Source of the DNA: Prasinococcaceae sp. CCMP 1430
Lineage: Eukaryota; Plantae; Prasinodermophyta
NCBI GenBank assembly: GCA_013416795.1
Contig: RQSC01000028.1
Coordinates: 219,365-283,364 of the forward strand
Direction: 5' to 3'
DNA: 64,000 nt
The notes under the pieces are model-generated. The model had not been told where the DNA came from, did not search any database, and saw only the letters and a program-made list of their open reading frames with translations. The position numbers and the translations under genes are program-made. Positions 33,520 to 43,571 of this stretch are shown here, one piece after another (the first letter of the stretch is position 1; every line of letters begins with the position of its first letter).

Positions 33520-33725
33520 TCGAATCTCGGGTGCGATATTGACCTCGGATATGAACCCTGTTTATGGGGAATGAAACCATAAATGAGGCGCTGGTGTACG
33601 GCGTCGTAACCTCAACTCGCGCGCACTCCCGTGGTGATGGTGGCGTCTCGGTGCGATCTGACCGCATATTAGAACCCTGTTTATGGGAACGAACCGTAAA
33701 GGAGGGCATGATGTAACCTGAACCT
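33520..33725. repeat. Imperfect AT-rich direct repeat, 2 copies, 119-nt period
   Basis: aaccctgtttatggg at 33554 and 33673, with flanking similarity (tctcgg(g)tgcgat..., gtaacct). Confidence 0.75.
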
Positions 33726-33875
33726 CCACGCGGGGAAGGGGGAGGGGGCGGCCAGCCGCCGGCGCGGCGCGGCCGCCGGCGCCACTCGGCCGCCGCCCCC
33801 TCCGCACCCCTCCGCGCCCCTCCCTTCCCGCCCGCTCGCGCCCCCCTCGTCTTTGCCCTCCCCCTCGCGGCGGCG

Positions 33876-35249
33876 ATGGGGGCGCCGGAGCGCACGGCGC
33901 TGGACCAGGCGTACTTCGATGCGTACGAGGACATGTCCACGCACGCGCTGAGTGCGTGCGCGCCGCCGCCGCCGCCGCCGCCGCTGCCGCTGTTGTGAGC
34001 CGGGTGAGCGCAGGCCGAGGCTGACACGCGCCCGTGTGCGCGTCGCGCGTGCGCCGCGCTCGGTAAACAGTGCTGCGAGACGCGCCGCGCTGCTCGGCGT
34101 ACGCGCGCGCGCTCCGCGCGGCCAACCTGGAGGGCAAGGCGGTGCTCGACGTGGGCGCTGGCACGGGGCTGCTCTCCATCCTCGCCGCCAAGTTTGGCGC
34201 GCGTGTCGTGTACAGCTGCGAGGCGAGTGGCCTCGCCGCGGCCATCGGAGCTGCTGCGCAGGCGAATGGCGTCGGAGATGTTGTGAAGGTGATGCACTGC
34301 AGGGCTGAGGTGCGTGCGGCAGAGCAGAGGCGCGGGCCAGACGAGCGCCCCCCCCCACCCCCCCCCCCCCCCCCCCCCCCCCCTCGCCCCTCACACACAC
34401 CCAGCCTCCCTCCAATGCGCACTGACTCGTGGCCTCCACGCCCTCGCCGGCCGTCGCCGTTCACTCGTGGGGTTGCAGGAGCTCGAGCTCCCCGAGAAGG
34501 TGGACGTGATTGTGTCGGAATGGATGGGCTTCCACCTGTACCACGAGTGCATGCTCGAGTCGGTGCTGCGCGCGCGCGACGCGTGGCTTTCACCGAGCGG
34601 CCTGATGGTGCCCGGTCGCTGCCGTGTGATGGCCGCGCCCGTGTGCGCGGACGCAATCATCGAGGAGCGCCTCGCGCCGTTCGCCGACTGCGAGGGCGTC
34701 GACCTCAGCGTGTTCATCGGACCTGCGGCGCAGCAGCTGCTCGAGGCGAACCCGCAGGTCACCGTCCTGGAGCAGGACGCGCTGCTCGCGCAGCCGCGCT
34801 GCGTGGACGAGGCCGACTTGCACGTCATCCCCGCCGCCGAGGCGGGACGCTGCGGTGACGAGCTCGTCTTCGTGGCCACACGCGAGGCAGTGTGCCACGG
34901 CTACGCGCTGTGGTTTGAGTGCGACTTCTTCGCCAAGCGGCCGTCGTCCAGCGGTGAGGGAGCGGACGACGACGGGCTGGGCGACATGGGGGAGGGCGAC
35001 GAGCCCGCAGTGGTGCTGTCCACGGGCCCCGAGGCGCCACCCACGCACTGGAAGCAGACGGTGGTGCTCCTCCCGGAGCAGCTGGGCGCCACGCCCGGCG
35101 CGCGGCTCGATTGCGCCTTCCGGCTGGCGCCTGACGCGCGCGTGCCGCGCAACTGCGTGCTGCAGTGCGCCGTCGGCGGATCCGTGCGCGAGCTCGAGCA
35201 GGAGGCGCTCGTCGAGGCCGCCGCCGTCGCCGCCGCCGCCGCCAAGTGA
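33876..35249 (+). CDS. Protein arginine N-methyltransferase (PRMT1/3/6-like); exons 33876-33951, 34071-34309, 34479-35249
   Basis: YFDAY..HALMLRD, VLDVGAGTG, the SEWMG..YHE double-E loop and the THWKQ loop. Confidence 0.93.
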
Positions 35250-35280
35250 ACGCCGCAGCGCAGCGCCTCCAACCAGAACC

Positions 35281-35313
35281 AAAACCCTACACCCGGATGT
35301 ACTTTAACCCTAA
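35281..35313. promoter_or_regulatory. Telo-box-like motifs (AAAACCCTA, TTAACCCTAAA)
   Basis: AT-rich island just upstream of the TcdA gene. Confidence 0.4.
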
Positions 35314-35502
35314 ATAATACTACCCAAACCCGACGTTGCCCTCGAAGCCCTCGAGTGTCGACAGCTGCGCGCGCGGCGGCTGGCGCGCGCGCGCGCAAGA
35401 GCGCGTGCCGCCGGCGCGCCGCTGCGGTCCGCTCCTGCTTCTCGCGGCACGCGTGCGCGTGTGCGAGGAGGAGGTGGGCGGAGGAAGCGTCGGCTGGAGC
35501 CG

Positions 35503-37157
35503 ATGGCGGCCCGTGGCGGGGCGGCGCCGCCGTGGATTACCGCGGCGGACGCGCTCCGATGCCCCGAATATTAGCAGGCGGCGCCGTCGCGCGCTGGCGG
35601 CGGGCTTCGCCGTAGGCGCGGCGGCCACGGCGGCGGCGGCCGTGCTCTACGAGCGGCGGCGCGTGGCGGCAGTGGCACCGGTGGCGGGCGCCATGGCCGG
35701 GCCGGCGGTGGCGACGCGGCGTGGCGGCGTGGATGGGCAAGTATCGTCCCTCACGCCCGCGCAGCGCGCGGCATGCGCGCCTGCGCCTCGCCCATTGGTC
35801 GCAGACTACCCGACTGCCGAGTGCGTCGACGACGACATCGTGGTCGAGCAGCTGACGCGCAACCTGCAGCTCTTCGGCGAGGAAGGCCAGGGGCGCATCC
35901 GCCGCAGCTTCGTGGTAGTGGTGGGCGTGGGCGGCGTTGGTTCGCACGCGGCGCACATGCTGCTGCGCTCGGGTGTCGGCCGCCTGAGGCTTATCGACTT
36001 CGACCAGGTGACGCTCTCCAGCCTCAACCGGCACGCAGTCGCAACGCGCGCTGACGTAGGCCTCACCAAAGTGGACGTGCTGGCAACGCATCTCGCGCGC
36101 ATCTTTCCCGAGGCGCACATCGAGGCGTGCAACAAGATGTACGAGGCAGGTACGTCCGACGAGCTGCTTGCGGGCGAGCCGGATTACGTGCTGGACTGCA
36201 TCGACAACATCGACACAAAGGTCAACCTTCTCGCGGAGTGCGTCGGGCGTGGGCTGCGCGTGATTGCATCGGCGGGTGCGGGCGCCAAGGCCGACCCCAC
36301 GCGGCTCGCGCTCGCCGACATCACCCAGACCGCAATTGATCCCCTCGCGCGCGCGGTGCGCACGCGCCTGCGCCGCGACCATGGCATCACCTCGGGCGTG
36401 CAGGTGCTGCTCTCCACTGAGCGACCGTGCGCCGCGCTCGTCGACCACACCCCGGAAGGTTCCGACGCGAAGGACTTCCAAACCGTGCCTGGCTTCCGCG
36501 TGCGTACCATACCCGTGCTTGGGCCACTACCTGCGCTCTTCGGCCAGGCGATGGCGGCCATCGTTCTGGGGCGCCTCAGCCGCAGAATTGACGTGCTTCC
36601 CGCACAGTGCTTCCGGCTAGACGCTGAGCAGTTCCGGGTCCTCTACTTCGAGCTGCGCGACCGCGAGCGAGCGCTCGCGGACGACTACGAGGCGGAGCCC
36701 GACTGCGACATTGACGAGATCGCGTGGCTCACGCGCGACGTGTGGCGGGGACTGAGTGCGAGGTACAATTTCGGCGACAAAGACAAGGGGCAGAAGGTGT
36801 GTGCGCGAAGGGCGAGGTGGGACGCCTCGCGCGTGGTGCGGAGCGCGCGCGAGGGAGCGCGCGAGCCTGCGCACGCTGACAGGCGCGCCGCGTTCGTACT
36901 CGCAGGGTCTGTGGCGCGACACGAAGATGCTTGCACTGACGCGCTGGCGGCCCGAGCTACCTTCTACCCCGGACAATCTCGTCATGCTCACCAAAAAGGA
37001 AGCCGACGCGCACGACGCTTTGGGGCCCGGCGCGGCGGACCACATCAGGCGCACCGAGCCAGAGCTCTACGACAAGGTCGAGCGCTGCCTCGGAGAAGCT
37101 CGGTGCATGTTCCGTGATGGTTGGGCATGGGAGGGCGGCGCCGGCGTGCAGCGATAG
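35503..37157 (+). CDS. tRNA threonylcarbamoyladenosine dehydratase (TCD1/2, ThiF family); intron 36797-36905; start uncertain
   Basis: EQLTRNLQLFGEEG, VVVVGVGGVGSH, IDFDQVTLSSLNRH, DCIDNIDTK and GAGAKADPTR, plus an N-terminal hydrophobic anchor. Confidence 0.92.
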
Positions 37158-37212
37158 CACATGGATGTTCCGGAGGTCGGCAATGTAACATGAAACCAAG
37201 AGTGTACCGAGC

Positions 37213-38622
37213 TTACCACGCGCCGCTGAGGAAATTCTTCAAGAGCTGGTATGCGCGCGCCGGCTCGTACGCGGGCACCTCGTGTCCCGCGCCGTGAACA
37301 GTTGCATACGCAAAATCCCCCTCGAAGTGCTGGACGTAGCCGGCGACCTGCCCTGCGACCTTCCACTGCGCCCACGGACGGGTGACTTTCTTGCCCAGGC
37401 CATAGAGCCACGTCTGCGTGCCGACGCCTCCGCATATCGAGTCGTCGTCTCCTGAGTAGATCAACACTCGAAGGCCAGCGCGGAAGAGTTCGGGGTAGAT
37501 GGACGCACTGCTAACAAGCAGATCGCTCTGATTGTAGCGCAGCTCGTCCGAACACTCCTCCCACTTGTTTGCCTCGGGCTTGACGTGGATGGCCTTGCGA
37601 ACGTCATCGCGACTCAAATAAGAGAGGACGTAATTGTCTTCGCATGGCTGGTATGCGGGCGCATTGGCCATCTCCCCCCTGCGAGCCGCGGCGAGCATGT
37701 GGGACATGCGCAGCGACTGGACCGAGCGCCGCTCGTCATCGAGGCACACAGGCCAATCCAATGCGTACGGATTGAGCCCTTCGGTGATGTCATCCATTCT
37801 TGTCTCCAGGGCGTCGCACTTGCTGGGCCTCTGCCTTGCGACCATCTTGCAGGCCTCTTCCCACTCGGCGTAGAGCGGCGCGGGCACCAGCTGGTGCCCA
37901 GCGAGGGTACCGTAGCGGCCATAGGTGTTCTCAACGATGTCGCTGAAGGGGTTTCCGACGAGCATTCCAGTGAACTTGAGGTCGGCCACGCGTCCGGCGG
38001 CCTGCGCGCGCACGAGCTCACGCGAGAACCACGGCATGTAGTGCCCTCCGTAGCTCTCGGACGACAGGTAGAAGTCATTTCCGGCCAGCGAAGGGAACTT
38101 GTCCGAGAAGAGCACTTCGATTGCTGCGACTGCGTCCACCGACGCCTGCTCGTCGCCCGTCGTGAGGTCGGCGTCGGTGCCGACTGTGGAGAAGCCCACG
38201 CCCGCCGGCTGTTCGATGAATACCATGTTCGCCAGCTGCGTCCACGCGTCGGCGTTCAGCGCGAGGTTGCCGTCCTTATCGGGGCGAAATGGACCCTGCT
38301 CGCTCAGAAAACCAAGCAAGCCCGAGCAACCAGGACCCCCGTTCGTCCACAGGACGGTGGGCGCGTCCGCTGCGCCCCCTCGCTTGGCGACGAACCAATA
38401 GAAGATCGACTTGGTCGTGCCCTCGCTGCCCGGTACGTCCAGGTACCCCGAGTACATCTCCTGCGCGAACGACTTGTCCAGGCCTGGCAACCCGGTGATG
38501 CGGTCCGCCTCCGGGCCGAGCGGTGCGCGAGGCAGGTGGACGATGCGGTCAGCCTGCGGGCCGAGCGGCGCTGCGGCGCCGGCGTCCGAGGCGAAGGCGC
38601 GCGTCGCCGCCGCGGCGCGTGC
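37213..38622 (-). CDS. Serine carboxypeptidase S10 (SCPL); 5' end in the N gap
   Basis: YSGYL, WTNGGPGCSG, EQPAGVGFS, SESYGGHY, YSGDDDS and TVHGAGHEVP. Confidence 0.94.
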   Translation of the reverse strand, partial: ARAAAATRAFASDAGAAAPLGPQADRIVHLPRAPLGPEADRITGLPGLDKSFAQEMYSGYLDVPGSEGTTKSIFYWFVAKRGGAADAPTVLWTNGGPGCSGLLGFLSEQGPFRPDKDGNLALNADAWTQLANMVFIEQPAGVGFSTVGTDADLTTGDEQASVDAVAAIEVLFSDKFPSLAGNDFYLSSESYGGHYMPWFSRELVRAQAAGRVADLKFTGMLVGNPFSDIVENTYGRYGTLAGHQLVPAPLYAEWEEACKMVARQRPSKCDALETRMDDITEGLNPYALDWPVCLDDERRSVQSLRMSHMLAAARRGEMANAPAYQPCEDNYVLSYLSRDDVRKAIHVKPEANKWEECSDELRYNQSDLLVSSASIYPELFRAGLRVLIYSGDDDSICGGVGTQTWLYGLGKKVTRPWAQWKVAGQVAGYVQHFEGDFAYATVHGAGHEVPAYEPARAYQLLKNFLSGAW

Positions 38623-38666
38623 NNNNNNNNNNNNNNNNNNNNNNNNNNNNNNNNNNNNNNNNNNNN

Positions 38667-39122
38667 GCGGCGGCGGCCGTCGCGCATCGCGCGAGGCGCG
38701 CGCGGTCGACTGGCGCGGCCGCGCCGCCGCTCGAGGGCGCGCTCAAGGCAAACGCAGCCGTGGAGCTGTCCGGGGCGTTCATCGCCCTGGTAGCGCCGCA
38801 GCTCATCTTTCCGGCTGCGGTGTCGGTGGCGTCCGCAGCTGAGGCCGCGAGATGGTTCGGTCTCGCGGTTGGCACGCTGGGCCTGGCGAGTGTGAGATGC
38901 GCCACAGAACGCGCCGCCGCACGGCCTTTCGCAGAGGCGATGAGCTTCTATCACGTTGCCATAGGGATCGCGCAGCTGCCGAGGGCGATGGTCGGGACCG
39001 CCGACATGACGCTCTTTGCAGCAGGATGCGGCGCGCTCGTCATCCATGCCGGGATGGCGGCGTGGCTCCTCTCTTCGCTGCGCGCCGATGCTAACGACGC
39101 TGACCAGAGCACAGTGGAGTGA
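38667..39122 (+). CDS. Hypothetical ~4-TM membrane protein, 5' partial
   Basis: Hydrophobic segments (ELSGAFIALVAPQLIF, WFGLAVGTLG, FYHVAIGIA, LVIHAGMAAWLL) with host-like codons. Confidence 0.55.
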   Translation, partial: AAAAVAHRARRARSTGAAAPPLEGALKANAAVELSGAFIALVAPQLIFPAAVSVASAAEAARWFGLAVGTLGLASVRCATERAAARPFAEAMSFYHVAIGIAQLPRAMVGTADMTLFAAGCGALVIHAGMAAWLLSSLRADANDADQSTVE

Positions 39123-39219
39123 GGGCAGCGTCGACCACCAGCGTGCGCAGCGAGCAGGTAATAGTTTTGATAGTATTACGAGAGCGGTCGCCTAGCATCC
39201 CCGCGGCCGCTGCCGTCTG

Positions 39220-40587
39220 TCACCGTGGCGGGGCTACCACTGTGATGGGCAGCGCCCACGCGGCCGTTTCCGACACGCGCTTTCGCCCGGCGGTCGTGAC
39301 GCACAAGCAGTCGAAGCGCACCACCCAGCGCAGCTGCACGCCCCTCTCGCCGGCAGTCGCGAACGACGGCGCTGCGTGCTCCTCCGACGGCAGGCCGAGC
39401 ACGAAGCTTGTCTGCAGCGCGTCGGCGGCCGACTCGATGCACTCGGCGTGCACCGTCCGCACCACCGACGACTTGCCACCGACACCATGGGCGCTCGCCA
39501 CGCCGCTGGTCCCGGCACCTGCCTTCCGCAGCGCTGTAAAGTGCTCTTCACTCTCGAGGCTGATGTGCACTTCCTCACATATCACACCGGGGTCACGCTG
39601 TCGGAAGTCGAGCAGGCCAGCCACCGTGCTGCCGAGCACGTACACGCCGCCGTGAGCGATGCCGTGCGGCAGCACGCGCATCACGTGGCGCCCGGAAGGC
39701 GTCGATACCGCATATGCGACCGTGCGCGGCACCACGCCAGACATCGACCGGCCCACTCGCACCTGCAGGCCAGACGAGGTGACGTCCGACGCACCGTCGG
39801 AGCAGTCTGCGCCGGCGCGAGCCGTGCCAACGCCATTGTTGAGGCTGATGCTGGTCAGCGACAGTGAGCTCAAGTCCCGCGCTTGCCCGAGAGAGGTCTT
39901 TCTCGAGAGCAGGTCGCGCCCATCGTGCCGGGAGAGCACGAGCAGCTCCATCACGTCAGCGTCAGCGCTGCCGCCAGCCTGCGCAGCGCAGCTCTCCATC
40001 AGCGCTGGCAGCGTGGGTACAGCGCCCGCGCTCGCGCCTCCAGCAGCTGCGGCGATTTCCTCAGAGTACGACTCGGCGGGCATCACGGTGAGCCGTTTGC
40101 GCACAACCTCGGGCTCCGGCGCTGAGCGCGACGCGGATGACGCCGCCGCCGCGCGCGTGGTCACGACAGCCGCCCAGTAGTACGCGTAGCGCACGCTCGT
40201 GCCCATGAACGTCGGCGGTAGCGACGCGGGCAGCTGTGCGCTCAGCTCGAACGTGTACGTGTTGGTGCACGACGCGAGCGCGTTGCTCAGCAACTCGGCG
40301 CGAGCGCGGAAGAGCGGACGCTCCCCCTTGACCAGCGGGGGCGGCGACGCCCCGCCGACGCCGGAGCCCGCGCTCGACGCGGTGGCCTTCCGCTCCGCGG
40401 CGGCGGCCTTGCTCGCCCACGGCGCGCTCACGCGTTCAACGCAGCACAACCACGCCTCCAGCGCGACCACATCGGCCTTGCCGCCGCCGCCGAGCTGCAG
40501 CTCGACCGTGCAGCGCGGCGCGGTGCCGGCGCGCACGCCTCGCGATCCTGCCGCGGGCGTCACCACGAGCCGCGCCGCGGCTCCCAT
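39220..40587 (-). CDS. RGP1: RGP1 (Ric1-Rgp1 Rab6/Ypt6 GEF subunit)
   Basis: LPASLPPTFMGTSVRYAY, PSFAT..VQLRWVVRFD and WALPITV in an arrestin-like arrangement. Confidence 0.75.
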   Translation of the reverse strand: MGAAARLVVTPAAGSRGVRAGTAPRCTVELQLGGGGKADVVALEAWLCCVERVSAPWASKAAAAERKATASSAGSGVGGASPPPLVKGERPLFRARAELLSNALASCTNTYTFELSAQLPASLPPTFMGTSVRYAYYWAAVVTTRAAAASSASRSAPEPEVVRKRLTVMPAESYSEEIAAAAGGASAGAVPTLPALMESCAAQAGGSADADVMELLVLSRHDGRDLLSRKTSLGQARDLSSLSLTSISLNNGVGTARAGADCSDGASDVTSSGLQVRVGRSMSGVVPRTVAYAVSTPSGRHVMRVLPHGIAHGGVYVLGSTVAGLLDFRQRDPGVICEEVHISLESEEHFTALRKAGAGTSGVASAHGVGGKSSVVRTVHAECIESAADALQTSFVLGLPSEEHAAPSFATAGERGVQLRWVVRFDCLCVTTAGRKRVSETAAWALPITVVAPPR

Positions 40588-41034
40588 CGCTCGCACCACA
40601 CCTGTCCGCCCGCCCCGCCCGTCTGCGCACGCTCCCTCTCCCCCACCCTTCCCGGCACGTGCGCGGCGCCAACGCCAGCGCGCGCGCGTTCGCGCACGCA
40701 CGTGCCACGAGGCGCAACGGGCCGAGCGCGGCGGGGGAGGCGCAGCGCAGCGCACCAATGCGAGGCGAGGCGATGCGACGCCCGTCGCGCGCCGCGCGAA
40801 GGCGTGCGCTGTGCCGCACCCCGTCCCCTCTCTCTCCCTCCCCTTCCCCCGCGCTCGTCCCGCGCCCTGCGGCGTGCGCGCGAGAGCAGCGGCCAACATC
40901 CCAAACTCGCCTGCGTGCACATCAGGTTCATTCGAAAAGGGTCTACATCTTCTTGGCGATAAGACGTATTTTGATGTGTACATCAAGGATGATAGGTTTG
41001 GGTTACGTAGGAACTCTGGATCGGAGCGACGCGC

Positions 41035-43482
41035 TTGCCGCAGTGCTGCCCGCCGCAGCGGCCACAGCGAGCGCGCCCGGCAGGGGGGGGCGTGCGGGCC
41101 CTGCCCTGCCCGGCGCGTCCCGGCCTGTCCCGGCCCGTCGCGGGCGCGGGCGCCGACGCCGACGCCGGGGTGGCGGCGGCCTTCGGCGGCGGCGACGACG
41201 ACGAGGGGGGGGCCGGCGGCGGGGGGGGAGACGGTGACGGTGATGAGATGGACCCGCTTGAGGCTTTCATGGCGGGCGTGCACGCGAAGGTTGAGGAGGA
41301 GGAGAAGGCTCCCGCGCGGAGCGCGGCGATGGTGTCTGAGCGCCTCGAGGCCGAGGACCACCACGAGAGCTTTGCAGCGCAGCTCGCGGCAAACAGGGCC
41401 GGTGCGGCGGGCAAGGCTGGGGCGCGCGCCGCTACTGGCCCTCGCACGAGCGCAATCGACGAGATCAACGGCGCCTTTAGCGGCGGCGGCGACTTCAGGA
41501 AGGCATTGCCGCCACTCAAGCCGTTCGCGACTGAGCCATACCAAAAGAACTTTTGCAGGGCCGATTGCGCGCAGAGCGTGGGTCGCGCTGTTTACGACGA
41601 GGCCGCCTTCGCCCGCTGGGCAGCCGCCCATGCAGTGACTATCTCAACGCCCTCGGCATCACCAACGCAGGAGGCTTTGCCCGTGCCCCCGCCGCCGGCG
41701 CAGGCCTGGGAGTCGCTGCGCGCGCCGCTGGGCTCGGCGCTGCTTGATTGCGTCCAGAAAAGACTGCAGTACTCGGCGCCGACCGTCATCCAGGCCGCCG
41801 CGCTGCCCACCGCGCTGAGCGGGCGCGACGCGCTCTGTCTGGCACCCACGGGCGGCGGCAAGACGGCGGCTTTTGCGCTGCCGCTCGCCGTGCATGTGAC
41901 CGCCGCTCACGAGGCGCTGTCGCGCGAGGCGCTGCGCGCCGGCCCGACGGCGCTCGTGCTCGCGCCCAGCCGCGAGCTCGCCGCGCAAATCGCCACTGTC
42001 GTGCGGCGGTTTCTGAAGGTGCTCGGCTGTACCGTCAGCACCGTATATGGGGGTGTGGACAAAACCGCGCAGTACAAGGAGCTCAAAGCGGGCGTGGATG
42101 CCATCGTCGCGACGCCCGGCCGTCTGATCGATGTGCTACGCGGCAAGGCCACTGATATGCAACGGGTGACTTTGCTTGTGTTGGACGAGGCTGACTCGAT
42201 GCTATCGATGGGCTTCAGCGAACAGGTGAACGCCATCATCGGGCGCTGCAGGCCCGACAGGCAGACGCTACTTTTTTCCGCCACCCTGCCGCCGAAGCTC
42301 GAGTCGCTCGCTGCAGGCGCGCTGCGGGCACCGGTGCGCATCACCGTTGGCGGTGCCGGCGGCGCAGGTGGTGCCAACGCCGACGTACGGCAGCTGGTGC
42401 ATGTCGTGCGGGATGCTGATGCGAAGGACAAATGGTTGATCGCCAACATATCAGCCGCAATTGACGAGGGTGGCGTGATTGTCTTCGCGTCGACGCGCGC
42501 GCGCGTCGAGGAGGTAGAGGAGAAGCTCAAGCAAATTGCGGGTGTCAAGGCCGTTGGCGTGCACGGCGAGCGCTCGCAGCCCGAGCGCACTGCTGCCGTG
42601 AAGGCGCTCAAAAATGGCGATGCGCACGTGCTGGTGGCCACCAACCTGGCGGCGAGGGGTCTTGACGTGCCTGACCTGAACACGGTCATATGCCTGGACG
42701 CATCGAGGGACGCGGAGAGCCACACGCATCGCATTGGTCGCACAGGACGCGCCGGTAGCAAGCATGGCGTGGCGCACGTGCTGCTCACGCCAAATGAAAG
42801 CAAGTACGCCGCGACCATTGCCCGCGGGCTGGCGGTCGCTGGACAGCCCCTGCCTGAGGAGCTGCTGGCGGTCGCGAGGAGAGACAGAAGTTTCGCCGAG
42901 GGTGGCACGCGCGATGATGTGCGCGGTGCCGGTGGGCGCGTTGGTGGGCGTGGCGGGAGTATCGGCGGAGGCAGAGGAGGCGAAAACAGAGGGAAAGGCG
43001 GCGTGCGGGGGGGTTTAGGCTTCGGCGCGGCCCACGGTGTGAATGTCGCAAGTGCCCACCGGGGCGATTCGACGCTCCAGGGTTTTGTGAGTGGCGGAAT
43101 TGCTGGCGGAGCCAGTGCCCAATCGATGCACAGCGCTCCGCCGGGGCCACCGCCGGTAGCGCTGCCGCCCGGACCACCGCCGAGGCCGCCCACCGGGGCA
43201 CCGTTGCCTCTGACAGAGACGCAGCACATGGGAGGCGGAGGGCTTCAAGCGCCGCGTCCGAGCGAGGCGATTGCGTCCGCAGCGGACAAGCTCGCACGCT
43301 TCGTCGCGCGCAACGGCCCCGCCTTCGAAGCCATGGCACGCCAGCGCCAGGGCTCAGCGCCGGAATTCGCGTTTCTCTTCGGGGGAGAAGGGGCGCAGTA
43401 CTACCGCGAACGCGTCGCGGCGGAGGCCGCAGCACTGCGAGGCGAGGGCGCGCCAGACCCCAAACGAAAGCGCCTGAACTGA
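41035..43482 (+). CDS. DDX42: DEAD-box RNA helicase, DDX42/RH24-like, with a C-terminal SURP domain; start unresolved
   Basis: DPLEAFM, PTVIQ, APTGGGKT, PSRELA, TPGRL, DEAD, SAT and HRIGRTGRAG; then DKLARFVARNGPAFE...FAFL...YYR. Confidence 0.85.
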   Translation: MPQCCPPQRPQRARPAGGGVRALPCPARPGLSRPVAGAGADADAGVAAAFGGGDDDEGGAGGGGGDGDGDEMDPLEAFMAGVHAKVEEEEKAPARSAAMVSERLEAEDHHESFAAQLAANRAGAAGKAGARAATGPRTSAIDEINGAFSGGGDFRKALPPLKPFATEPYQKNFCRADCAQSVGRAVYDEAAFARWAAAHAVTISTPSASPTQEALPVPPPPAQAWESLRAPLGSALLDCVQKRLQYSAPTVIQAAALPTALSGRDALCLAPTGGGKTAAFALPLAVHVTAAHEALSREALRAGPTALVLAPSRELAAQIATVVRRFLKVLGCTVSTVYGGVDKTAQYKELKAGVDAIVATPGRLIDVLRGKATDMQRVTLLVLDEADSMLSMGFSEQVNAIIGRCRPDRQTLLFSATLPPKLESLAAGALRAPVRITVGGAGGAGGANADVRQLVHVVRDADAKDKWLIANISAAIDEGGVIVFASTRARVEEVEEKLKQIAGVKAVGVHGERSQPERTAAVKALKNGDAHVLVATNLAARGLDVPDLNTVICLDASRDAESHTHRIGRTGRAGSKHGVAHVLLTPNESKYAATIARGLAVAGQPLPEELLAVARRDRSFAEGGTRDDVRGAGGRVGGRGGSIGGGRGGENRGKGGVRGGLGFGAAHGVNVASAHRGDSTLQGFVSGGIAGGASAQSMHSAPPGPPPVALPPGPPPRPPTGAPLPLTETQHMGGGGLQAPRPSEAIASAADKLARFVARNGPAFEAMARQRQGSAPEFAFLFGGEGAQYYRERVAAEAAALRGEGAPDPKRKRLN

Positions 43483-43571
43483 GGCAACGCGCACGGTGGC
43501 ACGCGGCGCAGTAATTAAACTTCGCAAGTGGAGAACCACTCGTGGGTGCATTACCATCCCTGCTTCGCATG

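Noticed and set aside
33510-33530. gattcgaatc as a tRNA T-arm
   Set aside because: It is a palindrome only; no cloverleaf or A box.
39220-41631. Over-long ORFs (39220..41631 -, 60679..63090 +, 35336..37117 +, 43572..48908 -)
   Set aside because: The N-terminal extensions are stop-poor GC-rich intergenic or antisense sequence; the likely true starts are internal.
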